DNA of 64,000 nt, taken from positions 64,001 through 128,000 of the forward strand of contig CAWJTV010000030.1 of NCBI GenBank assembly GCA_963845755.1, read 5' to 3'. The DNA comes from an uncultured Planctomycetota bacterium. Its GTDB lineage: Bacteria; Planctomycetota; Planctomycetia; Isosphaerales; Isosphaeraceae. Positions within the stretch are counted from its first letter, which is position 1. Each line of letters opens with the position of its first letter. A model generated the notes under the pieces. That model did no database searches. It was not told the DNA's origin and saw nothing but the letters and a program-made list of their open reading frames with translations. A program made the translations under genes and the position numbers. This document shows positions 23,101-33,020 of this stretch, one piece after another.

Positions 23101-24081
23101 CACCTTGAACGCGGCCAACTCGCCCTGGGCACAGCCCTGGCGGAATCGGGCGACCTTCGAGGGGCAATCGCGGAGTACAAGACAGTCAGGCTCGGAGACG
23201 CTGGCATGGAAGGGAAGGCCATGTCACAGTTCTATCTCGGTTCCGCAACCAGGCTGGAGGGTGACTTGGCTAGTGGAATCGCTGCGTACCGTGAGGCGAT
23301 CCGCCTCGGTCTCGGCCCTGAACCTGAGATCGAGGCTCGGTACAGCCTAGGGATCGCTCTCGCAGAATCAGGAGATCCGAAGCGTGCCATCATCGAGTTT
23401 CATGAGGCGATCCGACAGGAAGGGCTCGATCGAGTCGGACCGTTTCGCCTTCTTCGAGCGATCCTTATGGGTCAGAGGTCCGAGGACGCAGTTCGAGCCC
23501 TCCGACGTGTCCGAGAACAGGCTCGCGACGACCGCGCAGTCCTTGCGGGCATTGACCTCGCGATGGCCCAGTTCGAACAACTCTCAGAATCGGGCACGCC
23601 GGTTCAGCGGATCTTTCGTATGCCGGTCGCCAGCGGCGGTCTGGCGGAGCGATACTACAATCGGCGATTCTTCATAGGGTCGGCAGCGATCTGGTCGGCA
23701 GGCTTCGCCGCGGACCCAAAGCTGGCCGACGACATGGATGCCCACAACCGCTACAACGCCGCCTGTTCGGCGGCGCTGGCATCGGCAGGCAATGGTCTCG
23801 ACAAACCGCCGCTGGACGACGAGGCAAAGGCCCGCTGGCGAAAACAGGCCCTCGACTGGCTCAAGGCCGACCTCGCTCACTGGGCCAAGCACGCTGAATC
23901 CGGCGCAACTGACGCCAAGTCTCACGTGTGCGAGACCCTCCAGCACTGGAAAGCTGACAGAGACCTTGCCAGCGTCCGCGACGAGGCCGACGTCAAGAAA
24001 CTGCCCGAGCAGGAACGGAAAGCCTGGCACGCGTTCTGGGCGGAGGTCGCTGCGCTTCTCAAGAAGACTGGCGAATCTTAG
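20170..24081 (+). CDS. Membrane Ser/Thr protein kinase with N-terminal Cys4 motif and C-terminal TPR repeats (compensating frameshifts at about 22095 and 22185)
   Basis: RGGMG, LAVK, HRDLKPSN, MDWGLAK, YMAPEQ, one TM helix, TPR units (AIAAYREAIR), C-terminal RYNAAC...ALDWLKADL. Confidence 0.85.
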
Positions 24082-24142
24082 AATCAAGAAGTCGTCCGAT
24101 TCATGATCCCCTCAAAGCACAAGGGACCAAGCGAGGCACGGA

Positions 24143-24562
24143 ATGCCGGCTCGAGATTTCTACCACGGCGTGGTCAAGGCCGCCTTGATCGCCGACGGCT
24201 GGACGATCACCGACGATCCGCTGACGCTGTCAATCGGCAAGAAGGATCTCTTCGTCAACCTCGGCGCAGAGCGTCTGCTCGCCGCGGACAAGGAAGGTCG
24301 AAAGATCGCTGTCGAGGTCAAGAGCTTCTTCGGAGAATCCGAGGTCGATGACCTCGAGAAAGCGCTTGGTCAGTTCATCCTCTACCGTGGTATTCTGGGC
24401 CAGAGTGAACCGGACCGCCGTCTTTACCTGGCGATCCGTCAGGAAGTCTTTGACGATCTCTTTACCGAACCCATCGGCCAGTTGCTCCTGAAGTTGGAGC
24501 ATCTGAAGTTAATCGTCTTCGATCCCGATCGGGGAGCCATCCTTCAATGGATACCGGACTAG
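24143..24562 (+). CDS. xisH: XisH-family protein (PD-(D/E)XK fold)
   Basis: MPARDFYH, DGWTITDDP, LGAE, KIAVEVKSF, ALGQF. Confidence 0.9.
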   Translation: MPARDFYHGVVKAALIADGWTITDDPLTLSIGKKDLFVNLGAERLLAADKEGRKIAVEVKSFFGESEVDDLEKALGQFILYRGILGQSEPDRRLYLAIRQEVFDDLFTEPIGQLLLKLEHLKLIVFDPDRGAILQWIPD

Positions 24563-24882
24563 ATTCCTACCGCGCCATCATCGAGCGGATCCTCACGGAG
24601 TATGCCCAATACCCGTACGCCTACGGCGAGATCGAACGTCAACTCGTCTTCGACCGCGAGCGCGATCATTATCTCCTGTTGAGTGTCGGCTGGGACAAGC
24701 ACCGCGTCCATGGTTGCGTGATCCATATTGACCTCATCGACGGCAAATGCTGGATCCAGCGCGACGGCACCGAGACGGGGATCGCGCGCGACCTGGTAGC
24801 CACCGGGATCCCAAAGGATCAGATCGTCCTGGGATTCAAGTCACCGAAGATTCGACCCCACACCGGCTACGCGGTGGCGTAG
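24547..24882 (+). CDS. xisI: XisI-family protein
   Basis: FDRERDHYLL, GW, IHIDL..GK.WIQRDGTE.GIA, GIPKDQIVLGF. Confidence 0.9.
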   Translation: MDTGLDSYRAIIERILTEYAQYPYAYGEIERQLVFDRERDHYLLLSVGWDKHRVHGCVIHIDLIDGKCWIQRDGTETGIARDLVATGIPKDQIVLGFKSPKIRPHTGYAVA

Positions 24883-24954
24883 GGCTCCAGAGGCCGGCGA
24901 TGTGACAATCGGTCACTGGCGGCGAGATCGGGGGAGAGGAGGACACCGCCCACT

Positions 24955-25194
24955 ATGAAAGTGATCCCCGTCAGTGAAGCCAAAGCGAACCTGAGTCGAT
25001 GCGGTCGCCTGTGCGAGGAGGAACCCGTGATCGTGACGATCCACGGCGTCCCGTCCTTCCAATTGACCCCCTTGTCGGAAGACGACGACCTGATCGATCG
25101 CCTCCTGGTTCATAATCCGAAGTTCGTCCAAATGCTGGAAAAACGCTCGGGGGAACGGACGATCTCGCGAAACGAGGTTCAAGAACGTTTGTAA
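24955..25194 (+). CDS. Phd/YefM-like antitoxin
   Basis: MKVIPVSEAKANLS...EPVIVTIHGVP. Confidence 0.75.
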   Translation: MKVIPVSEAKANLSRCGRLCEEEPVIVTIHGVPSFQLTPLSEDDDLIDRLLVHNPKFVQMLEKRSGERTISRNEVQERL

Positions 25195-25227
25195 TCCGCT
25201 CGCTTCGCGGACTTTACTGGGATCGCC

Positions 25228-25483
25228 ATGAACTCCCCGCAAGATGTTTCGGAAAGCACTGAACAATCCCAAGAACTTGCTGTTTCATGACTTCGTACAA
25301 CTTGCAGGAGCCTTCGGGTTCCGGCTTGCGCGGACGAACGGCAGCCATCACATCTTGGTTCATGACGACGTCAGGGAGCACTTGAACCTTCAGGACGTCG
25401 ATGGTGAGGCCAAGGCTTACCAAGTCCGCCAATTCTTCCGACTCGTCGAGGAGAACAATCTCACCCTGGAGGATGACTCGTGA
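25228..25483 (+). CDS. hicA: HicA-family toxin (start uncertain, 25228 or 25244)
   Basis: FGF...RTNGSHHI, LNLQ...AKAYQVRQ. Confidence 0.85.
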
Positions 25484-25704
25484 AAGACTATCACATCAAC
25501 ATTTTCTACAGCCAAGAGGACGAAGGCTACATCGCCGACATTCCCGATCTGCGCTTCTGCTCGGCCTTCGGTCGCACACCGGCCGAGGCTCTCAGCGAGT
25601 TGCAGAAAGCCAGGGAAGCGTGGATCGAGACCGCACGTGCTGAGGGTAAGCCCATCCCCAAGCCCCGCTATCGTCCGGCGATCTATCAGAGCGTGCGAGC
25701 CTAG
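25480..25704 (+). CDS. hicB: HicB-family antitoxin
   Basis: EDEGYIADIPDL..CSAFG.TP.EAL...G.PIP.P; overlaps hicA by 4 bp. Confidence 0.88.
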   Translation: MKDYHINIFYSQEDEGYIADIPDLRFCSAFGRTPAEALSELQKAREAWIETARAEGKPIPKPRYRPAIYQSVRA

Positions 25705-25761
25705 GGATGGCCCTACCCCGTTGTCCGTGCGAGAATCCTCGGGTTGTTGGAGGCCCCGGTC

Positions 25762-26487
25762 GTGCGAAGTCCGTTTCCCGGGATGGATCCCTACCTCGAA
25801 GCCTCCTGGGGCGATGTTCATCATACGATGATCGCGTATGCGAGCGCCGCGATCCAGAAGCCATTGCCTCGCGGACTGGTCGCTCGGATTGATCGGCGGG
25901 AATTCCTCGAGCCGATCGAGAGCTGGCCCCGGCGAGAGGCGGAGTGGTTCCTGCGGCGGGGCGGCTCTCTGGAACTCGGCGAGCCGACGCGGCAGGGATT
26001 CATCCAGATCATCGACATCATGTCGGGTCGGCGCGTCGTCACGGCGATCGAATTCGTCAGCCCGTCGAACAAGGTCCCCGGTCTCGGTCGCGATTTGTAC
26101 CTGAAACAACAGGCAGAGGGGCGTGAGGGGAGCGTCAGCCTCGTCGAGATCAACCTGAATCGGACCGGCCGCCATGTCTTGACCGCGCCGTTTGACCGCA
26201 TTCCTGAAGGCCACCGCACTCCTTATGCCGCTTGTATTCGGCGGAGCTGGAGTCCGCTCGAGATCGAGTATTACCGAATCCCCCTACGCGAGCGGCTTCC
26301 CGCCATCGCCATTCCACTCCGTCGCGACGATCGCGTCGTCCCACTCGACCTCCAAGACCTGCTCGATCAGTGCTACGAGTCAGGGGGATACGACGACATC
26401 AACTACCGTGAAGAGTCCGATCCGCCCCTGGAGCCCGACGACACAAAATGGGCCGACGCGCTCCTGCGGGAGAAAGGCTTGCGGTAA
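25762..26487 (+). CDS. DUF4058-family protein
   Basis: SPFPGMDPYLE, IEFVSPSNK, LVEINL, LRERLP.I.IPL. Confidence 0.88.
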   Translation: MRSPFPGMDPYLEASWGDVHHTMIAYASAAIQKPLPRGLVARIDRREFLEPIESWPRREAEWFLRRGGSLELGEPTRQGFIQIIDIMSGRRVVTAIEFVSPSNKVPGLGRDLYLKQQAEGREGSVSLVEINLNRTGRHVLTAPFDRIPEGHRTPYAACIRRSWSPLEIEYYRIPLRERLPAIAIPLRRDDRVVPLDLQDLLDQCYESGGYDDINYREESDPPLEPDDTKWADALLREKGLR

Positions 26488-26573
26488 CGGGTTTCGGTCG
26501 CTGGGAGACCGGCCATCGGCTCGTCGGCGTGTCGCCCTCGCCTCGTCTCGTCGTCAGGGCTGCTCAGGACGGG

Positions 26574-27436
26574 TCAGTGCTCCATGTCGTGGTAGGCCGC
26601 CATCCGATCGCGTTGATCCTCGGAGTCGGAGTGCGAGCGAAGCGGGTCATTCGCTTCGTCCTCGCGCTGCATCTCCTCCATCACGAATCCGGACTGGCGC
26701 GTCGCCGAGATCGTCAGCGCAGTCACCTGCATCAGGGTGATGGCCCAGATGAGCAGGGATCCCAAATAAAGTAGATATTCTTGCGCCGCCAAGAACGGAC
26801 GTGGTCGTAACGGCCACGAAGCAGACCAGTCTGTCCGCTCGCAGAAGAGGAGCATCCAGAGTACGGCGCCGGTCGCCGCCATGGCCCGCGCCGACTTGCC
26901 GGAGTCCCGCGCCTGTTCTAGCCCCAGGTGTTCGAGGTAATCGCAGCTTAACCCCGCCAGCAACGCGAACTCCGCCCACCCCAAGGCCTGGCCGAGATTG
27001 ATCCGGAGCCATTGATGTCCGATATCCAGATCCGGAATCCCCAGGGCGGGGCCGTGTTCGAAGAACCAGAGCACCCGTCGACCAGCGTCATCGCGAGCAA
27101 GAGGCCCGCCCGGCGCTGCCAGCTCACGTGATCCCAACGACCCCAGAGCAGCGCCGTGCCGAGCAGGCTACCAAAGGTGATGGGTACATCGATCCACTCG
27201 TACCAGCTCGAGAATTCAATTCGGATGATGAGGACGGCGAGCTCACCCTGGAAGAACCGGGCCAGGAGGGGGAGGATTGCCGTAATGCAAGCGAGACCCA
27301 GTGCCACCGCGAGGAGACCGAAACCCAGGCGGCAGACTTGATAGGTCTTGCGGAGCTGTTCGCGTTCGAGGTCGATCATGGCGGATGCGCGTTTCAATTT
27401 CGGTGAATAACCATGCTGTTCAGCGTAGAAATCCAT
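26574..27436 (-). CDS. Hypothetical integral membrane protein (frameshift near 27075)
   Basis: Two consecutive hydrophobic ORFs (26948..27436 and 26574..27137) join into one multi-TM protein. Confidence 0.6.
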
Positions 27437-27557
27437 TCTAGTACCTCGACGTCGGAGTCGCCAGGGGCATCGAACCTGGCACGCCTGAGTTCACCCTCCG
27501 GATTGGGAATCGGTCACCGAGACGGGACGAGGGGGCCAATGCCTGGGTCCGCTCGCG

Positions 27558-27980
27558 TTAATCCGGCGCATCCAACGAATCCGCCGCCTCCTCCGAACGG
27601 ATGACCAGCGAAACCTCACCCCAATCGGTGGGCGAACACGGGGAATCCGAAGAGTCGGGCGTCTCCACTTCCAGAACAAGCCGTCGATGGCCACCCGATG
27701 CATCCAGCAGGACCTCGTATTCGGTGGAGCCCGGCGAGACCGGCACCGCGGGTTGTCCGTTGACTTCCAGGAGCCGGATCCCCGGAACTTGCTGCAAGCG
27801 GACCACCACCCGGCGACCGGCCTCCGATGGGGGCTGATTAAACCGGCGCGTCAGTCGCAATCGCCGCCGGCCATCGGCTGCCCATCGAGTCGGCAAGGTC
27901 AATCGGCATGGCGCCCCTGTGGGTGGATCGATGCTTTCGCATTCCCAGCCGCCACGGAGGCGGATTCGATGTTCGTTCAT
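27558..27980 (-). CDS. Hypothetical protein (HRIRLRGxW motif, galactose-binding-like)
   Basis: HRIRLRGGW, LTRRFNQP and WGEVSLVI, as recalled from planctomycete conserved hypotheticals. Confidence 0.55.
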   Translation of the reverse strand: MNEHRIRLRGGWECESIDPPTGAPCRLTLPTRWAADGRRRLRLTRRFNQPPSEAGRRVVVRLQQVPGIRLLEVNGQPAVPVSPGSTEYEVLLDASGGHRRLVLEVETPDSSDSPCSPTDWGEVSLVIRSEEAADSLDAPD

Positions 27981-28118
27981 TACCGCGACTACCCCCGCAA
28001 GAATCATCGAGTGAACGCTTGCATCCGATGGATCGCTTTTTGAGGCGCGAGCGTATCGAAGTCCTCGAATCGCTCGGGCTTTGGTCTAGCCTTGACTGAG
28101 TGGAGACATTATAGTCAA

Positions 28119-28323
28119 GGGCTCCTCAGATTGGCCGGAGAGGAACGTAGCAGGCCATGAAACCTCGAGTGCCGTCAACCTCCGATTGACGGGCTGGAGT
28201 CCCGCCTTTGGGCGGAAAAAGACCGGATCAAACCGGCACTCCAACCGATCGAATCCAGTTTGACGCACCATCGGGTTGATCGTCGGCCACGGCTCGCCGG
28301 CATTCCGAGACTGTGAGGGGGCG
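28119..28323 (+). ncRNA. ssrS: Probable 6S RNA
   Basis: About 200-nt rod: 5' CTCCTCA pairs with 3' TGAGGGG, GCCGG with CCGGC, inner GAGTGCCG (28167-28174) with CGGCACTC (28234-28241); TATAGT -10 box at 28110-28115; no credible ORF. Confidence 0.6.
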
Positions 28324-28593
28324 TCCGCGTGAGGACGTGCCGTGGTCGGTTCCCTTGCACTTCCGGTGGTTCCGAGGATCGGTTTGATTTGCCGCGGGTT
28401 CGATGCACTGCGGCAACCCTCTGGTTCGCTTGATGTGCTCCGCCTGATCGAGCGATCGGGCGATCATCGAATATCGGGATCGTTGTGACCTAAGTCACGG
28501 CTCGAGCGCGCTTCGAAGCCTCCCGCTACTGGCCGGATCCTTCCGCACGACCGGCGAGCCCAAATCCTCTCCTGAACTCTTGCAGAAATCGCC

Positions 28594-29694
28594 ATGGCAA
28601 ATGATCGAGTGGGCAAAATGGCTCACGCGGATCGGCACTCACACATTCTGGATGAGCCGCGTCGCGTCTCCGCCACACCCAACGGCCAGTCCCACCTGAA
28701 ACCGGCTCCCCAATCCCTGCTCGGCATTCGGATCCTGTCTACCGGAAGCTATGTACCGGAACAGGTGGTGAGCAATCGGGATTTGCAGATGACGCATGGA
28801 TTCGATCCGGATTGGATTGTCAATCGCACGGGCATTCACGAACGGCGGTTCGCCCTGCCCCACCAAGCGACCAGCGACCTGTGTACCCAGGCAGCCCTGC
28901 GCTGCCTGCGCGCAGCGGGCCGCGAGGCCAGCGACGTGGACCTGCTGGTCGTGGGCACCTTCACGCCGGATATGGCGTTCCCATCCACGGCAAACCTGGT
29001 TCAGGACCAGCTCAAACTGGTATGTCCCGCCTTCGATGTTCAGGCGGCCTGTGCGGGTTTTGTGTTCGCACTGGTCATCGCGGCCCAGTTCGTTGCCACA
29101 GGGAATAGTCGCTGCGCGCTGGTGATCGGCGGTGATTGCAACAGCCGAGTCACTAATCCCGGCGATCAGAAAAGCTACCCACTCTTCGGAGATGGTGCCG
29201 GCGCCGTCCTGCTGGCGCCCGGCGAGCCCGATCAGGGTTTGGTCGCCTACCAACTTGGCTCGGATGGATCGGGTGGCGACCTCCTGAGCCGGCCCGCCTG
29301 CGGGAGTCGGATTCCTCCCTCGACGGCAGTACTGGAGCAAGGACTCCACTACCTGACCATGGATGGACGCGCCGTCTTCAAGTGGGCGGTCCGAATCCTC
29401 GCCGATTCGTCACTCGCCGTTCTCGCCCACGCCAACTGTCAGGTTCGCGATGTCCGCTGGTTCATCCCCCATCAGGCGAATATCCGCATCATCCACGCGG
29501 CGACCGACGTACTGGGCTTCCAGCGCGACACCGTCTTCAAGAACCTGGAACGCTACGGCAATACCTCCGCCGGCTCCATCCCGATTGCCCTGGATGAACT
29601 CAACCGCCAGGATGGGTTTCGGAGGGGAGACTTGCTGCTGACCTCCGGCTTCGGGGCCGGTCTGAACTGGGGGACGGCGTTGTGGCGATGGTGA
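28594..29694 (+). CDS. fabH: Beta-ketoacyl-ACP synthase III
   Basis: AACAGF (Cys), FGDGAGA, PHQAN, GNTSAGS, GFGAG. Confidence 0.92.
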   Translation: MANDRVGKMAHADRHSHILDEPRRVSATPNGQSHLKPAPQSLLGIRILSTGSYVPEQVVSNRDLQMTHGFDPDWIVNRTGIHERRFALPHQATSDLCTQAALRCLRAAGREASDVDLLVVGTFTPDMAFPSTANLVQDQLKLVCPAFDVQAACAGFVFALVIAAQFVATGNSRCALVIGGDCNSRVTNPGDQKSYPLFGDGAGAVLLAPGEPDQGLVAYQLGSDGSGGDLLSRPACGSRIPPSTAVLEQGLHYLTMDGRAVFKWAVRILADSSLAVLAHANCQVRDVRWFIPHQANIRIIHAATDVLGFQRDTVFKNLERYGNTSAGSIPIALDELNRQDGFRRGDLLLTSGFGAGLNWGTALWRW

Positions 29695-29700
29695 TCTTGC

Positions 29701-30126
29701 GCAGTAGGTAGTGTCTTCCGCGGTACGATCTCTGCGCTGTACGCGCATCGGCCGAATTCCCAATTGGAGATTCGAGATTCCGGAATCGTCCTCATCCGGA
29801 ATCTCGAATCGACAAGCCCAATTGGGTTGCGGTCGAAAGCCACATCAGAGTCGTCCTCCGTAGGATCCCTTCGCCATGCGCGCCTCTGGGAATTCCGGAT
29901 TCGAGATTCCCGATTCCCAGATCATTCCCCTTCGGGAATCCGGAATCTCGAATCGGGAATCCCGATTGGGTTGCAGCCGAAAGCCACATCAGGTAGTAGG
30001 CAGTCAAGACAAGGAGGGTCGCCCTTTCTGACTTCTGCCTACTACTTAATGGGCATTGAGAAGCGGTCCGTTGAGACAAGAACGGGCCGCATCCCATTTT
30101 CTACCTACCGCCCACTGCCGACTGCT
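29701..30126. repeat. Nested intergenic palindromic repeats (GATTCGA/GATTCCG and GCAGTAG heptamers; duplicated ATTGGGTTGC..CGAAAGCCACATCAG unit)
   Basis: Direct reading of the sequence between convergent genes. Confidence 0.75.
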
Positions 30127-31949
30127 CAATTCGTAGCCGGCAAGCGTCCCTTGAGATGCTTGGCGAAGACGCCCGCGCCCGTGTTCCCCAGGCCGGTCGT
30201 GCCGTTGGTATCGATCGCCTGGCCGGTGACGGTTCCCGTGATCGCGCCGTTGCCCGCCGTGCCGGTCGCTCGGCTGTAGTGGTTGTTCGCCGGGCGGAAC
30301 GTCGCGGAGATGTTGCTGTTGATCAGGTCGCCTCGGACCTTCAGCCGGCCAATCTGGCTGGCAGCCCGCGTCCCTTCCAGACCCTGGACAAACGCGTTGT
30401 AGTCGAAGCCCGTCTTGATCTCGGTATTGAGCAAGCTTCCGGTGATGTCCGCCTGGTTGATGGAGCCGGATGTGGTGATGAGGGCGTTGCTCAGGGCATT
30501 GCCAGGGACGGTGGCATACGTCGGCCAACCCTGCTCGCCGAGCTGGACAAGGAGGGGGTTCTGCGGGGTCGATGCCAGGGTGTTGGCGGGGCCGACGACG
30601 AGCTGGTCGATCTGGGTCGCCGTGACCAGGCCACCGAGATCGCCCGCGGCCGGATACCCGGTTGTGGCGGCGTACGTCCCGTAGTTCGTCGCCGGGAGTT
30701 GTTGCCCGGCTGTACCCTTGGCCGTGAACGTGCCCGCGGGATTGCCGAGCCCCTTCTTGAACACGAGCTTGTGGATCGGGCCGTCGACGTCGAGGCCCAC
30801 GCCGTCGGCGGTTCCGTCGAAGATCGCCTTGCGCAGGTGCGACACGCCACTGGTCGCCGACGTGAAGGGTTGAGAACTGTGCGACACAGTGAGGTTGACC
30901 GCAGAACCATGGACGTGGATCTGATTGACGGCCGTCGCCTGGATCGCGGTCCGTCCGGTCGTGCCGACCACCGGGAACAAGAACTGGTAGCCTGCCGTAC
31001 CGGGGGTCAATTCGGAGGACGCCGAAGTCGAGACGGGAGGAATCAGGTTGAAATTCGCGATATTGCCCTGCGACGCCGAGACGATGTCGAAGTTCTTGAG
31101 CGCGCCGTTGACGATGAGCTGCACGGTCGGCGTGGTGAGCGGCTCCGTCGGGATCGAGGTAGCCTCAGTATCGCTGTAGACGAGGTTCGAGATGCTATTG
31201 AGGTAGATCGAGGGCGCGACCTTAAGCGGGGTGTTGGGCGTACCGATGACGATCTGGGCGGGCGTCGAGTTGGTGGTCGTGTCGAACCCGTACCGGATGT
31301 CTTGGAACGAGAGCGTTTTCACGCCGCCGTAGAGGAAGACCCCCGTCGGTGAGCTCACCGCGGGCAAGACCTGGTTCGAGAGGATGAACCCGTTGAGCTC
31401 GATCGACTTGACACCGGAGGTCGCAATGAGCTGATTGAACATGACCGTGCCTGAGGGCAGCGCCGCCGAGCCGGTCGCCGTGGTGGTAAACGCCAGGTTG
31501 ATGGGCAGGCCGATGCCCGGCGTTCTCGGCGAGGCCTGAACCAGGCCGGTCACGTAGGTCTTCTTCGGATTGGTGCCGACGAGCTGGATCGTGTTGATGT
31601 CGTCGTCGAGTGCGCCGTCGTTGGGCGTTGTGTCGGTGACGATCACCTTGCCGGGCCCGTGGACGGTGATCGTCCACAGGTCGCCTTCTCGGTCGATCCC
31701 GCTGACGAGCTTGCCTTCGTTGCTCTGCAAGAGACTGTTGATGTTGTTGGGGCGGAGCTTCGAGGCCTGGATGATTTCCTTCTGGTGCGTGATCGGGTTC
31801 TGCACCGGAAGATCGGTCGGCACCCAGGGTGCCAGGTAAGCGGGAAGCGTTATGGAGAGGACTTGACGGCTCTCCAGGGCCTCCGGATGGGACATGAGCC
31901 TCCGCCGTCCCGAGTCGGACCGGCCAGACTGCCGCCGCGTGCGTCTCAT
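30126..31949 (-). CDS. Secreted planctomycete hypothetical protein, Thr/Gly-rich beta-solenoid-like
   Basis: Basic N-terminus plus EALESRQVLS (LEPR-xLL-like export motif); GC-rich third codon positions. Confidence 0.7.
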   Translation of the reverse strand: MRRTRRQSGRSDSGRRRLMSHPEALESRQVLSITLPAYLAPWVPTDLPVQNPITHQKEIIQASKLRPNNINSLLQSNEGKLVSGIDREGDLWTITVHGPGKVIVTDTTPNDGALDDDINTIQLVGTNPKKTYVTGLVQASPRTPGIGLPINLAFTTTATGSAALPSGTVMFNQLIATSGVKSIELNGFILSNQVLPAVSSPTGVFLYGGVKTLSFQDIRYGFDTTTNSTPAQIVIGTPNTPLKVAPSIYLNSISNLVYSDTEATSIPTEPLTTPTVQLIVNGALKNFDIVSASQGNIANFNLIPPVSTSASSELTPGTAGYQFLFPVVGTTGRTAIQATAVNQIHVHGSAVNLTVSHSSQPFTSATSGVSHLRKAIFDGTADGVGLDVDGPIHKLVFKKGLGNPAGTFTAKGTAGQQLPATNYGTYAATTGYPAAGDLGGLVTATQIDQLVVGPANTLASTPQNPLLVQLGEQGWPTYATVPGNALSNALITTSGSINQADITGSLLNTEIKTGFDYNAFVQGLEGTRAASQIGRLKVRGDLINSNISATFRPANNHYSRATGTAGNGAITGTVTGQAIDTNGTTGLGNTGAGVFAKHLKGRLPATN

Positions 31950-32254
31950 GGAAGAATCCCTCCCCGGCAGCTCGCAAAGGTGCGTCAGCACGACGATCGT
32001 GGTCGATCCCGATCGCCGCGGCGCCCCGGAAGCCGCCCTCCCTATTTCAGTTGGTCATCCGGACTTGGAGAAACACCGGGGCGCTGCGCGACCGTGATTC
32101 ACCGAAGAACCCGCCGGACCGAGTCTCGATCCGTTCCTTCCCGACGGCGCGGCGCCACGCTTACACCTCTCTCCATCGACGCCGGCGCCGAAGCGACTTC
32201 ACGCCGGTGGTGAAGATAGGCAAGACAGGGTATCGAGGAGAGCGAAAGAACGGG

Positions 32255-32617
32255 TTAAGCCGTGGGAAGCGGACGGAGGGAGGCGAGGGCCTGGGGCTCA
32301 TCCTCGGCGATGGTGAAGAAGCGGTCGAGTCTCGTCATGGCCAGGAGGTCGCGCACGATCGGCTGGATGTGGAAGAAGACAATCTTCCCCCCCCGGGCCT
32401 CCATGCGACGCTTCAATCCGACGAGCATGGCCACTCCCGAACTGGAGAGGTAATCGACTTTCTGGAGATCGACCACGAAGTACGGTTCGGTCCGGGTCTG
32501 CACGAGCTCGTATAGTGCATCGCGCAGTGTGTTATTACGGAAGTCATTGAGCCCGGCTGCCGTCTCGAACTGGACAACCAAGACGTCGGACTCGGCGCGA
32601 GTGGTGAAGCTTCCCAT
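32255..32617 (-). CDS. STAS-domain anti-sigma factor antagonist
   Basis: VVDLQKVDYLSSSGVAML, TRLDRFF. Confidence 0.88.
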   Translation of the reverse strand: MGSFTTRAESDVLVVQFETAAGLNDFRNNTLRDALYELVQTRTEPYFVVDLQKVDYLSSSGVAMLVGLKRRMEARGGKIVFFHIQPIVRDLLAMTRLDRFFTIAEDEPQALASLRPLPTA

Positions 32618-33020
32618 GACGTGGAGAATTCCTCCGGAGGTCTCCGGTGGGCCGACCGGCAGGGACCTGTCGGGACTCGCCCCGGATCCGACGCCCATCT
32701 CGGGATCAACCGATGGACGCCGACGCGTGCCTCCGGATGGGCGAATTCCCCGGCGATGAGGACCCGCGATGCATGTGGTCGGGATCGACCAGTCTTACCA
32801 ACCACTTCCATCATATCGCGCCGATCCCCTGAGATGCAATTCGATCGGAACGCGCGCTGCGACATGGCGACGTGAATGGAGGGGTCGCGCCGGATCGGTC
32901 GTCGATCCTCGGTCGGGACGCGGGATCGTTTGCAATGAGGCCGTTGCTCGGTAAACTGAAGAACCAGTGCGGCTTCTGCAAGCCGCTCCGCCGTATCCCC
33001 GCATCGACGAGGTGCAAAAC

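Noticed and set aside
24082..25761. Integron cassette array for the small TA-like genes
   Set aside because: I saw no RYYYAAC...GTTRRRY attC-like palindromes or shared spacer sequence between genes, and no intI.
29760..29992. Duplicated module as a mini-CRISPR, or ORF 29764..30279 as a gene
   Set aside because: There are only two imperfect copies built from heptamers; the ORF is just translated repeat (IRDSG/RNLES).
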